A stretch of DNA of 64,000 nt from Candidatus Poribacteria bacterium. Lineage in GTDB: Bacteria; Poribacteria; WGA-4E; WGA-3G. Below are positions 1 to 9,937 of the stretch, piece by piece (within the stretch, counting starts at the first letter, position 1; each line of letters opens with the position of its first letter). Under the pieces are notes generated by a model, which saw only the letters and a list, made by a program, of their open reading frames with translations, did no database searches and was not told the origin of the DNA. The stretch is from positions 1 to 64,000 of the forward strand of contig CBDBFU010000021.1 of the NCBI GenBank assembly GCA_965205025.1, written 5' to 3'. Both the position numbers and the translations under genes were made by a program.

Positions 1-451
1 TTCCTGTAATCATCTCAGGTGTCCAATCCGCATCGGGAATTGCAATTACTTGAGCTATAGCATTCTGGTTATCTAATGGCTCTAAAAATAGACCTTCTCC
101 CTCTACCTCATCAAACACTTGCCACCTTACTCTTGATACTGTGTAATTCAATCCTTTAGCAATTTCTATAGGAGAATTAGTTGATGATACATAAGATAGA
201 TGAGTAATGGGTAAACGATCATCAATACAACCAATTTGTTTTATGAATCGTTTCTTATTTGGTTGAATAGATTCTGTATATGCGGCATGTGAACTATAAT
301 CTCGTTGCCATAGAGATTCACGGTTATCTTTGGAGGATATAATGGCACGACTGACATAATTGTCAAGATCCTCAACCATTTGTGTAGCAAGATCCTGATC
401 CAATGTTAATGCTTCTGTACCTTTTAATACTTGATTCTCTTCATTTGACAT
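1..451 (-). CDS. N-terminal part of a large protein, probably an alpha/beta-hydrolase (dienelactone hydrolase-like); runs off the window
   Basis: Manual translation from ATG 451 (MSNEENQVLKGTEALT...RVRWQVFDEVEGEGLFLEP...IAIPDADWTPE) is open to position 1. Family call is from resemblance only. Confidence 0.55.
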   Translation of the reverse strand, partial: MSNEENQVLKGTEALTLDQDLATQMVEDLDNYVSRAIISSKDNRESLWQRDYSSHAAYTESIQPNKKRFIKQIGCIDDRLPITHLSYVSSTNSPIEIAKGLNYTVSRVRWQVFDEVEGEGLFLEPLDNQNAIAQVIAIPDADWTPEMITG

Positions 452-503
452 AGTAGTTCTCACTTATATTATGCTTAACAGGTATTTGATAATAGAAAAT
501 CAA

Positions 504-1691
504 CTAAATGACACTATCTCTTCGTAGCATTTCTATATCGTTTTCATTAAAATCCAAGAAGTTCTTCAATATCTCTTCTGTATGTTCTCCTAAAGACGGA
601 GCAGGTTTGTCAACATTTCCTGGAGTTTCAGATAATTTGATTGGAACGCCTGGTACTTCAACTACACCTGTTAGTTGATGTGCAACCTTTGTAATCATTT
701 CTCTTGCTCTTACCTGTTCATGATTAACAACTTCCTCAATGGAATTTATCGGTCCGCACGGTACACCAATCCTACCTAAAGACTCTATCCATTCATCAGT
801 CGTATGTAAACCCATTATCTTTGATATGATTGGATATAATTCTGAATGGTTTACTGTTCTATCTGCATTACTACAAAACCGATCATCAGATATTAACTCG
901 GTATGTCCAATATGTATACAGAATTTCTCCCATAGTGAATCATTACCAATTGCAATAATTATATATCCATCAGATGATTTATATGCTTCAAATGGTGTAA
1001 TAACTGGATGTCGTGTCCCAAGTGGTTGAGGAATCTCTTCAGTTGCAAAATATCTAACAATGGCATTCTCTAATACTGCTACTAAGCTATCTAACATAGC
1101 AACATCAACCATTTGTCCTTTACCTGTTTGGTTCCGCTGATGTAATGCAGATAGTATACCTATAGTCGTAAATAGAGCAGCAGTGATATCACTTATTGAT
1201 GTACCCACACGAACTGGGGGTCTATCCGGTTCACCAGTAATACTAATTATACCTCCCATACCTTGTATTATCATATCGTATGCCCCCTGTTCTGATAACG
1301 GCCCAGTTTGACCAAAACCTGAACATGCTGCATAAATAAGAGAAGGATATTCAACCGATAAAGATTCATAATCCAAACCAAGTTTCTTCATTGTTCCAGG
1401 TCGATAATTCTCCATAAGAATATCACACTGGCTTAACAGATCTTTAAATATCTGTTTACCTTGATTACTCTTTAAATTTAGAGTTACACTCTTTTTACCT
1501 CTATTGATACTCATAAAATATAGACTAAACCCGTTTTTAAATGGACCGAAGTTCCTTGATTCATCACCTATACTGGGTTGCTCGATTTTTATAACTTCTG
1601 CACCAAGATCAGAAAGGATCATTGTTGTATAGGGACCTGCCAGAACACGTGTTAAATCTAAAATCCTTAAACCGGATAATGGACCAGACAT
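504..1691 (-). CDS. CoA-transferase family III (CaiB/BaiF)
   Basis: PLSGLRILDLTRVLAGP, GAEVIKIE, NRGKKS, ENYRPG, SGFGQTGP motifs. Start moved to ATG 1691, which has an AAGGA SD. Confidence 0.93.
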   Translation of the reverse strand: MSGPLSGLRILDLTRVLAGPYTTMILSDLGAEVIKIEQPSIGDESRNFGPFKNGFSLYFMSINRGKKSVTLNLKSNQGKQIFKDLLSQCDILMENYRPGTMKKLGLDYESLSVEYPSLIYAACSGFGQTGPLSEQGAYDMIIQGMGGIISITGEPDRPPVRVGTSISDITAALFTTIGILSALHQRNQTGKGQMVDVAMLDSLVAVLENAIVRYFATEEIPQPLGTRHPVITPFEAYKSSDGYIIIAIGNDSLWEKFCIHIGHTELISDDRFCSNADRTVNHSELYPIISKIMGLHTTDEWIESLGRIGVPCGPINSIEEVVNHEQVRAREMITKVAHQLTGVVEVPGVPIKLSETPGNVDKPAPSLGEHTEEILKNFLDFNENDIEMLRRDSVI

Positions 1692-1825
1692 TTGATTATC
1701 CTTAAATTGGTAAATAGGTTGCTTTTCTGAGGTGGGAGTGATAATATGAAACCATCCCATATAGTAGCAGCAATCAGATACGATGTCCAAATGTTTATTC
1801 TAAATTTTCACATCCTTTTAGGAGC

Positions 1826-2908
1826 TTGATCATGGATAAATTAAAAATTGCACATATTGGAACAGGGAATCGTGGGTCAAATACCTACCTACCAATCATT
1901 ACCAAATTAAATCATGATTTAGAACTTGTAGCTGTATGTGATGTTCACCAAGGAAGAGTTCAAGAACAAGCAGACCAGTATAATGTTCCCGGTTTTACAG
2001 ATACGGAGGAAATGTTAACTCAGATAAAACCTGATATCTGCTCTATTGTCATTACACCAAGTAATAATCACATTCCAGGTCTATTGTGTTCTCAATATGG
2101 TGTGAGTTATTGTACAGAAACTCCAATTAACACTAATCTAAAATTAGCCGATAAGATGATTGAAGCAGCTAACGAAAATGGAACAAAACTGGAAGTAAAT
2201 GAGAATTACTACCGAAATCCATCCGAAAGAATAAAACGACAGTTAATTCTTGAAGGCATTTTTGGAAAAGTTAATGTAGCATATAACGATTTTCGTGGGC
2301 ATGGTTACCATGGTATCGGTCTCCTCAGAAGTTATGTCGGTTTTGATAATGAACCTGTCCAAGTTTACGGATTTCGAAAAGGATTTAGTGTTCAAGATCA
2401 TGTGTGGAGAAAAGGTCAACCTAAACGCAAAGAGGAAGATTGGCAACATTCTGTTATAGAGTTTTCTGATGGTGCTGTAGGAATTTTCAATTTTACGAGT
2501 TTATCATACGGTTCTCCACTACGTGGATTCAATGGAACAAAATTCTATGCTGAACGCGGCATGTATTTCCGGGACGAAGCAGTGATCTTAAATGATGATG
2601 CAGACACTCAAATACCTATTACTATCACACGTAGAACAAACAATGTTGATGGTTATGAAACACTCGCTGCACTTGTAGCAGATACTACTCCTGAAGTGGT
2701 ATGGGAGAATCCTTTGAAAAACTATCCACTAAGCGATGGAGAGATTACTGTAGCTTCTGAATTAATGAGTCTTGTAAATGCAGTTCGTAACGATACTGAA
2801 CCTGAATATGGTGCATATAACGGACGAAAAGACCGAGAAATAGATGTGGCAATGTCTATGTCATGGAAAAACAATGGAGCACCAGTAACCTTTCCATTTG
2901 ACTACTAA
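1826..2908 (+). CDS. Gfo/Idh/MocA family oxidoreductase
   Basis: N-terminal IGTGNRG Rossmann motif, LVAVCD, ETP in place of EKP; GGAG SD. Confidence 0.85.
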   Translation: MIMDKLKIAHIGTGNRGSNTYLPIITKLNHDLELVAVCDVHQGRVQEQADQYNVPGFTDTEEMLTQIKPDICSIVITPSNNHIPGLLCSQYGVSYCTETPINTNLKLADKMIEAANENGTKLEVNENYYRNPSERIKRQLILEGIFGKVNVAYNDFRGHGYHGIGLLRSYVGFDNEPVQVYGFRKGFSVQDHVWRKGQPKRKEEDWQHSVIEFSDGAVGIFNFTSLSYGSPLRGFNGTKFYAERGMYFRDEAVILNDDADTQIPITITRRTNNVDGYETLAALVADTTPEVVWENPLKNYPLSDGEITVASELMSLVNAVRNDTEPEYGAYNGRKDREIDVAMSMSWKNNGAPVTFPFDY

Positions 2909-3172
2909 TAGACTGTCCACGGAACTTGTATTGATAATATTCTTCTGTAAGAGCGATCTCGCGAAAACCATTTCATCATCCCAGTAGAGTGATTACCCAA
3001 TGAATTCATGGGAAGATCTTAATGGAATTCATACTTGGAATGCTTAAATGGTATTCATACCGTTCATTCCTTGATTCCTTTTTTTATAATATTTAAAAAA
3101 TATGAAGAAAATACCCATCACTAACAACTAAAATACAAATATCACAAAAACAGAAAAGCATATTAAAAATAT

Positions 3173-3200
3173 TTCTCAAAATGAAATATATTTATACAAT
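3173..3200 (+). promoter_or_regulatory. Putative sigma70 promoter in repeated module A (copy 1)
   Basis: TTCTCA-16nt-TACAAT; homologous to the better TTGTCA-17-TACAAT at 43370-43398. Confidence 0.4.
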
Positions 3201-3543
3201 ATTATATTAACACTTTAGAAGACAGTTTTGACATATTCAGATATAACAAATGATGACTATCTATAGGAATGATCCTACTTACGAAATTTTATATACGTCA
3301 AATATACATACCTTTTTAATGGTAAGGAATGTCAAAATCTGAAAGGAATACAGAAGCACAAATCACACATTTTAGAATTTCTTATAAAGTCAATTCAAAG
3401 TGGAGTAAAGTCAGTCTATGACAGGCGTTACAGGGGTAATTTACACCAATTTCAATGTCACACTGTGTGACAAAAAGTGTAACTTTTTTCATGTTTTCGA
3501 TGCATAGAGAATGCAACAACAACACGATCTACTGTCTGAGTAT

Positions 3544-3612
3544 TTAGGATTAAATGTCTGGTTTTATACACTGTTTTTTGTCTGCATATTAGGATTAAAT
3601 GTCTGGTTTTAT
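3544..3612. repeat. Two identical 24-bp direct repeats TTAGGATTAAATGTCTGGTTTTAT with a 21-bp spacer
   Basis: Copies at 3544-3567 and 3589-3612. Confidence 0.9.
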
Positions 3613-3814
3613 GCTTTTTTAACAATCAGAAATATCAGTTATTGAAGTGTATATTCAATACCAATACAAGAACTTTACACCCGATCTTCGAATTGCCAAC
3701 ATAGGAGCATTTTAGGTGATAATGGTATATTCATAGGATTTATGGAAACTATCCAGAAGATTTATAATCAGATGAAAACCGAAGATGCATTTCATTCACA
3801 CGTTTGTTAAACTA

Positions 3815-3913
3815 TAATTAACATATGTGATTCATGGAAAATTGGTATACTTAAAATTATAAACCCTTATAGAACAAGGGTTCGTAAAATTGCTCCGTGA
3901 AGGTTTCCGTGAA
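3815..3913. repeat. 99-bp structured repeat D (copy 1)
   Basis: 8 mismatches in 99 nt against 44607-44705; central AACCCTT..AAGGGTT hairpin; outer TTCAYGGA..TCCGTGAA arms. Confidence 0.92.
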
Positions 3914-4209
3914 AGTGCAATCATCTCAATACGATAAATATTAACACTTTTTCCATTCACAATATCCATACATCTAATATTAATTATGAAATGGACAGAT
4001 GAATGTCTCAATGCCATAATGGAGTTGAGATATATGCAAATGAACAATAATTGAGAAAAATATTGATATCCAGATTCAATTGCATACATTTGCAGGATAA
4101 TGTTGAGTGCCAAAAACTATACACACCCGGTCAAACAAATTCCTTGTTATCAATATGGATTTGGAGTATACTATTTCATTGATTTTGTCCTAATGGAGGC
4201 ATTAAAACA

Positions 4210-5100
4210 GTGAAGTCTTTTCGAATAATTTTTGCATTTATACTAATTCTATTATTTAACTCACTTATTCAAGGTAATGAGTTATCAGATTACTATTTTC
4301 CTGATAAACTTGGTAGTTTTTGGGTATATGAAGACCATGATGGAAATGAATTTACACGGTTCGCTACTGAAGAAATAAACATTGATGACAAGACATTTCG
4401 TGCTTTTTCATACGAACCTGCAATAGAAGATTGGCAAGACTATAAGTACATAATGCATCCATTTTTATATCAAGTTAGTGATGAATGGATTTCTCTATAT
4501 GTTGGTAATGATTTAGAAAATGCTACAAAATCAATAGTTAGCAATAAACTGGAGGAAGTTATTGCAACAATGCGGCAACAGATGGTCGAAAAACTGCCAG
4601 ATGGAATAAAAATGGAATTTGATTATTCTGTCCAACCTAATGCCCAGGATTATTTCTATCTAATGCCAATTTCTGTGGATAAAAATGATGATTGGATAGC
4701 GATGGATCTTCAATTAAGAATAGTGTTAAAACTTGATATTCAAGGAATTCCTATCGAAATACCTGAGGAGCTAAAATCAGTATCAGCAACTACTAATTTG
4801 GTAGAAACTGGTTCTATTGTTGGAACTGAATCTATTGAAACAAAAGCAGGAATATTTGATGATTGTCTCAAAATACAATATAACATAACAGCAAAAACAA
4901 ATACATCCCTACCACCAGAATTCAAACAATTATTACCAGATCAAGAAACCGGAGGATCTACTACAACAATTTGGATAGCTCCAAACGTTGGTATTGTAAA
5001 ATATATGAGAGAAGAAGATAATACTGATGTTGTAGAAACAATGGAATTAATTAATTACGAAATAAAAAATGAAAACCCTGAAACATCTAATGAAAAATAA
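4210..5100 (+). CDS. Secreted hypothetical protein (paralog 1)
   Basis: Signal-peptide-like N-terminus, GGAGG SD; shares FPxxxGSxWxYxD, AGxFDxCxKIxY and TTIWxAPxVGIVK with 5254-6201. Confidence 0.8.
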   Translation: MKSFRIIFAFILILLFNSLIQGNELSDYYFPDKLGSFWVYEDHDGNEFTRFATEEINIDDKTFRAFSYEPAIEDWQDYKYIMHPFLYQVSDEWISLYVGNDLENATKSIVSNKLEEVIATMRQQMVEKLPDGIKMEFDYSVQPNAQDYFYLMPISVDKNDDWIAMDLQLRIVLKLDIQGIPIEIPEELKSVSATTNLVETGSIVGTESIETKAGIFDDCLKIQYNITAKTNTSLPPEFKQLLPDQETGGSTTTIWIAPNVGIVKYMREEDNTDVVETMELINYEIKNENPETSNEK

Positions 5101-5253
5101 ACAGATTCTATATAATTACCGTGAAATATTGGTGCCATGGATTTACTGAAATATACCACACCTACAATGGAATGAGAGAATACATGAAATGAGACAATAA
5201 TTTATAGAAATGGTATAACATAATATTAACAATCTAAAATACTAATTTAAATC

Positions 5254-6201
5254 ATGATTAAAAACATATATATAATTGTCTTATGTATAATGTTGAATAC
5301 ATCGTTTCTTTTTGCAATGAGTCCTGTTGAATCTATATTCCCTGTTGATATAGGTAGTTATTGGCTTTATACAGACCAAAATGGAAATGAATTAATACGT
5401 CGTGTTTCTGAAGATAAAGAAATTGATGGTAAAAAGTATAAGTCATTTGAATATCAACCTAAACTGTCAAATGATTTTGATTTTCGACCTTTGATTCATG
5501 CTACATTATTTAATACAGATAATGTAAAGGTTCTCTTTTATTTATCTAATGAGTTAGAGGATGCAAATAAGAGACGTTTAAAAAAGGAAATGGATATATA
5601 CTCACAATTGGCAAAAAGTTCTTTTGAAGAAATATATCCACCTGAATCTGGTATTACAATAGATATAAAATATGAAATTGATATAAAACCTGAAAAAGAA
5701 CTTACAGTAATTGATCTTTTAGTTCCGGTTCGTAAGGAATGGGATGTAACGACTACAGAAATAAAGATAAAGATAATACAGGATATTAAAGGATTACCTG
5801 ACTTTGGGGATGCAATTGATAATCCTGAATCTGTTATTACACTTAAAATTACACAAACAGCAAAAACGCTGGGTCCAGTTAATGTGGTTACCCCCGCTGG
5901 AGTATTCGATTCTTGTAGTAAAATCGAATACAATACTAAGACTGAAGTGAAATCTGACAATATTTTAACTCCTGAACTAAAAGCAGGTGAAACAACTACA
6001 ACAATCTGGTATGCACCACATGTGGGAATTGTGAAAATACACCAAGAATCAAATAAAATCTTTCTGAATATTTTCGCTGATAGTGAAATGGTTAAGAATA
6101 CAAAATTGGGTAATGAGATTAAAGAAATCATTTCTCCTACAATCATAACTTTAGTGTTAAAGAAATATAAAATCAATTCACCACATATGGAGGATAAATG
6201 A
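5254..6201 (+). CDS. Secreted hypothetical protein (paralog 2)
   Basis: Same motifs as 4210-5100; ATGA overlap with hemB. Confidence 0.8.
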   Translation: MIKNIYIIVLCIMLNTSFLFAMSPVESIFPVDIGSYWLYTDQNGNELIRRVSEDKEIDGKKYKSFEYQPKLSNDFDFRPLIHATLFNTDNVKVLFYLSNELEDANKRRLKKEMDIYSQLAKSSFEEIYPPESGITIDIKYEIDIKPEKELTVIDLLVPVRKEWDVTTTEIKIKIIQDIKGLPDFGDAIDNPESVITLKITQTAKTLGPVNVVTPAGVFDSCSKIEYNTKTEVKSDNILTPELKAGETTTTIWYAPHVGIVKIHQESNKIFLNIFADSEMVKNTKLGNEIKEIISPTIITLVLKKYKINSPHMEDK

Positions 6202-7175
6202 GTTTCTTTCCACACTATCGTCCAAGAAGAATTCGGGCAAATGACAATATTAGAAGACTTGTTAGAGAAACTCAATTATCAATTGATGATCTTATCTATC
6301 CTATGTTTGTAATACATGGACAGGATACTGCTATTGAAATCACATCTATGCCTGGGTGTTTTCAATATTCTATAGATAGATTAGTAATTGCTGCTAAGGA
6401 ACTTAGCGATCTTGGCATTCCAGCAACAATTCTGTTTGGAATCCCAGAGAGTAAAGATTCTATCGGTTCCGAAGCTTATGATAAAAACGGAATCATTCAA
6501 CAAGCTGTTCGGGCAATAAAAGATTCAGTACCAGATTTACTTGTCATTACGGATGTTTGTCTATGTGAATACACGGATCATGGTCATTGTGGCATAGTTG
6601 AATCTGGTGATGTAAAAAATGACGCAACTATTGAATTACTGGTAAAAGAGAGTATATCCCATGCACATGCTGGGGCGGATATAATTGCCCCATCTGATAT
6701 GATGGATGGAAGAGTAGGAACAATCCGAAAGGCATTGGACAACAACGGATATGAAAATATACCTATAATGGCATATTCTGCAAAATATGCGTCAGCATTT
6801 TACGGTCCCTTTCGAGAAGCTGCTGAATCTGCTCCACAATTTGGTGATCGCCGTACCTACCAGATGGATCCTGCAAATACTGATGAAGCAATACGAGAAG
6901 TTCATCAAGATATTCATGAAGGGGCAGACATCGTCATGGTCAAACCTGCGTTATCATACTTGGATATTATCACACGCGTAAAATCGGAATTCAACATGCC
7001 TGTTGCAGCCTATAATGTCAGTGGTGAATACGCAATGATAAAAGCTGCCGCTCAAAATGGTTGGATAGATGAAAAACGGGTAGCATTAGAGGTATTAACA
7101 AGTATAAAACGTGCTGGGGCTGATATGATTCTAACATATTTCGCAAAATCTGTTGTGGAATGGATTAATGAGTAA
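6198..7175 (+). CDS. hemB: Porphobilinogen synthase
   Basis: [14 protein letters not shown] Zn site, [23 protein letters not shown]. Confidence 0.98.
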   Translation: MSFFPHYRPRRIRANDNIRRLVRETQLSIDDLIYPMFVIHGQDTAIEITSMPGCFQYSIDRLVIAAKELSDLGIPATILFGIPESKDSIGSEAYDKNGIIQQAVRAIKDSVPDLLVITDVCLCEYTDHGHCGIVESGDVKNDATIELLVKESISHAHAGADIIAPSDMMDGRVGTIRKALDNNGYENIPIMAYSAKYASAFYGPFREAAESAPQFGDRRTYQMDPANTDEAIREVHQDIHEGADIVMVKPALSYLDIITRVKSEFNMPVAAYNVSGEYAMIKAAAQNGWIDEKRVALEVLTSIKRAGADMILTYFAKSVVEWINE

Positions 7176-7268
7176 ATTAAATATTCTTGTTCTATCAAGA
7201 ATAAAAAAATAGATGATTGAGAATAAGATAATTGTTATAAGCTCATCAAATTATTAGGAGGTATAAAT

Positions 7269-8552
7269 TTGGAGTGTAGTAAATCTCTCTCTGAATGGAA
7301 TAAATCACAAGAAATTATACCCGGAGGTGTCAACAGTCCTGTCAGAAACTTTAGTAAAGTAGGAGAACACCCAAGGTTTATTGACCATGCAAGAGGGTGT
7401 AGGATATTTGATGTTGATGGAAACGAATATATAGATTATGTGGCATCTTGGGGTCCTCTAATATTAGGACATTCACATCCAGTTGTTGTACAGGCAATCA
7501 TAGATGTGGCATCCCGTGGTACAAGTTTTGGAGCACCTACACCTTTAGAAACTATACTTGCACAGATTATTGTTGATGCCGTTCCATCAATAGATAAAGT
7601 ACGTCTTGTGAATTCTGGTACTGAAGCAACAATGAGTGCGATCCGTCTCGCAAGGGGGTATACAGGACGGGATAAGATTATAAAAATTGATGGATGTTAT
7701 CATGGACATGTTGACTATCTATTAGCTAAAGCAGGGTCTGGTGTGGCAACATTCGGTCTGTCTGATAGTGAAGGTGTTCCAGAAGATATCGCACGCAATA
7801 CTCTTACTGTACCTTTCAATAATGCAGAAGAAGTGAAATCAACTATAGAAGCAAATTCAGATGAGATCGCATGCATTATCCTTGAACCAATTATGGGTAA
7901 TATGGGTATTATTCCACCAAATGATGGATATCTAAATGAAATAAGAGAAATCACTGAACAACATGGAGTGGTTTTAATATTTGATGAAGTAATTACTGGG
8001 TTTCGTGTGGCTTATGGTGGTGCTCAATCCTATTATAATGTCACTCCAGACATGACATGTTTAGGCAAGATAATAGGAGGGGGATTACCAGTAGGTGCTT
8101 ATGGTGGTAAAAAAGAAATAATGAGTTGTGTTGCACCAGAAGGGGATGTATACCAAGCCGGTACATTATCTGGAAATCCATTAGCTGTAACAGCAGGGAT
8201 TTCCACATTAAATCTTCTTTCTGAACCAGGAGTATATAAAAAGCTTGAGACCAAAGCTGCTGCTCTTGCTGCAGGATTAGAAGAAGCTACAAACAAAAAT
8301 GGGATTGATGCGTGGCATAGTCGTGTAGGATCAATGTTGATGTTTTATTTTACAACAAAGACTGTTATGGATGCTGATGATGCACGTACTGCTGATACAG
8401 ACCGTTTTAGAGATTATTTCTGGGGATTAATCGAAAAAGGAATCTACATCGCTCCATCACAATTTGAAGCAGGTTTTGTATCATTAGTCCACTCAGATAG
8501 AGATATTCAAAATACAATCGAAGCAGCAACAGATGTGATTTCACAACTATAG
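7269..8552 (+). CDS. hemL: Glutamate-1-semialdehyde 2,1-aminomutase
   Basis: PGGVNSPVR, NSGTEATM, FDEVITGFR, GKIIGGGLP. Confidence 0.98.
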   Translation: MECSKSLSEWNKSQEIIPGGVNSPVRNFSKVGEHPRFIDHARGCRIFDVDGNEYIDYVASWGPLILGHSHPVVVQAIIDVASRGTSFGAPTPLETILAQIIVDAVPSIDKVRLVNSGTEATMSAIRLARGYTGRDKIIKIDGCYHGHVDYLLAKAGSGVATFGLSDSEGVPEDIARNTLTVPFNNAEEVKSTIEANSDEIACIILEPIMGNMGIIPPNDGYLNEIREITEQHGVVLIFDEVITGFRVAYGGAQSYYNVTPDMTCLGKIIGGGLPVGAYGGKKEIMSCVAPEGDVYQAGTLSGNPLAVTAGISTLNLLSEPGVYKKLETKAAALAAGLEEATNKNGIDAWHSRVGSMLMFYFTTKTVMDADDARTADTDRFRDYFWGLIEKGIYIAPSQFEAGFVSLVHSDRDIQNTIEAATDVISQL

Positions 8553-8816
8553 TTTATATTAAATCACATGAATGACATAGTCACATCATTGCTAAGGTTC
8601 TTAACCATACAAAAATCTAAAGATAGATTCGGTGATACAATCTGAAAAGAAATTACGGAATTACATGTATAATGATTAAAAGGTTGAATAATTAAGTTAT
8701 TCTAAAATTGATCCTTTAGTTGTTTGCAAACATTTATTGATCAAATATGTTCCTTAGCATACAGTCCGATTATAGATCTGTTGATCCAATCGTTAGTATG
8801 TCTTGAAAGGTAATGG

Positions 8817-9797
8817 ATGTCCAGGTTTGATGATATAGTAAGTTTAATTAGTGATGACCTAATTGCTGTCGAATCAATTCTAACTGAAAATACTACAAGT
8901 GAATATAGTTTCGTAGACATGGCTGTTCAACATGTTGTTGAAGGTGGTGGCAAACGTCTACGTCCCATCCTTGTTGTTCTTTCAGCAAAAGCAAGCGGTT
9001 ATGAAGGAAGGGATGCTCATCTACTTGCAGCTGTTGTTGAACTCATTCATGTTGCATCACTTGTCCATGATGATGTACTTGATGAAGCAACGATTAGACG
9101 GGGTAGAGAGACTCTACAGACCAAATGGGGAAATAAGGTAGCAGTTCTTGTTGGGGATTATCTACATGCACGCGTACTTTCTATGTTAGTGTCACGACAT
9201 GCTGATGATCCTGCAATGGATATTCTTGCAGATACCACTCAGGCAATGTGTGAAGGTGAAGTTATCCATGCATATAAAAGTGGGGATTTCGATATTTCTG
9301 AAGAAGAATACCTAAAGATAATTAGTTTCAAAACTGGGAAACTAATTGCCGCATCTTGTACACTTGGGGCACAACTTGGATCCTTAGATAGTCAAGGTGT
9401 CAAAGCATTCACCTCTTATGGAATACATATTGGTGCAGCTTTTCAAATGGTAGATGATTTACTCGATTTTGTGGAAGACACAGAGAAGATTGGTAAAAAT
9501 GCATTTGGAGATCTACGAGAAGGGAAACTTACATATCCAATAATTTATACGCGTAAGGTGTGTAATCAAGATGAGAAGAAGATTCTTGAAAGAGTATTAG
9601 ATCCTGAAACAAATGAATCAGAAGCAATTACGTTTGTTAATTCACTATTTAAAAAGTATAATGTTGAGGATCACTGTTTAAAAATCGCCCAAAATTATGC
9701 CGATAATGCAAAAGCCACTTTGTCATCAATCACAAAATCAAAAGAACTTACTGCACTTCTCCAAATCGCAGATTATGTAGTCTCACGTGACTCATAA
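8817..9797 (+). CDS. Trans-polyprenyl diphosphate synthase (IspB/HepT-like)
   Basis: GGKRLRP, HDDVLD..RRG, FQMVDDLLD, DLREGKLT. Confidence 0.95.
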   Translation: MSRFDDIVSLISDDLIAVESILTENTTSEYSFVDMAVQHVVEGGGKRLRPILVVLSAKASGYEGRDAHLLAAVVELIHVASLVHDDVLDEATIRRGRETLQTKWGNKVAVLVGDYLHARVLSMLVSRHADDPAMDILADTTQAMCEGEVIHAYKSGDFDISEEEYLKIISFKTGKLIAASCTLGAQLGSLDSQGVKAFTSYGIHIGAAFQMVDDLLDFVEDTEKIGKNAFGDLREGKLTYPIIYTRKVCNQDEKKILERVLDPETNESEAITFVNSLFKKYNVEDHCLKIAQNYADNAKATLSSITKSKELTALLQIADYVVSRDS

Positions 9798-9937
9798 ACC
9801 TATAACATAACTACCACTTATTAATTTTTTATTCACTAATTGAAATAGCATTTGTTGAAAATACTTATGGTTATCTGATTTGAAGTCAATTAACCTTTAA
9901 CTACTAACCAATAACCTTTACGGATATATATTGATAG

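Noticed and set aside
3544-3612. Possible CRISPR array
   Set aside because: Only two repeats, a 21-bp spacer and no cas genes in the window.
3832-4113. 93-aa minus-strand ORF
   Set aside because: Overlaps non-coding repeats D and C; no motifs.
5538-6275. 245-aa antisense ORF
   Set aside because: Shadow of 5254-6201 and hemB; no family features.
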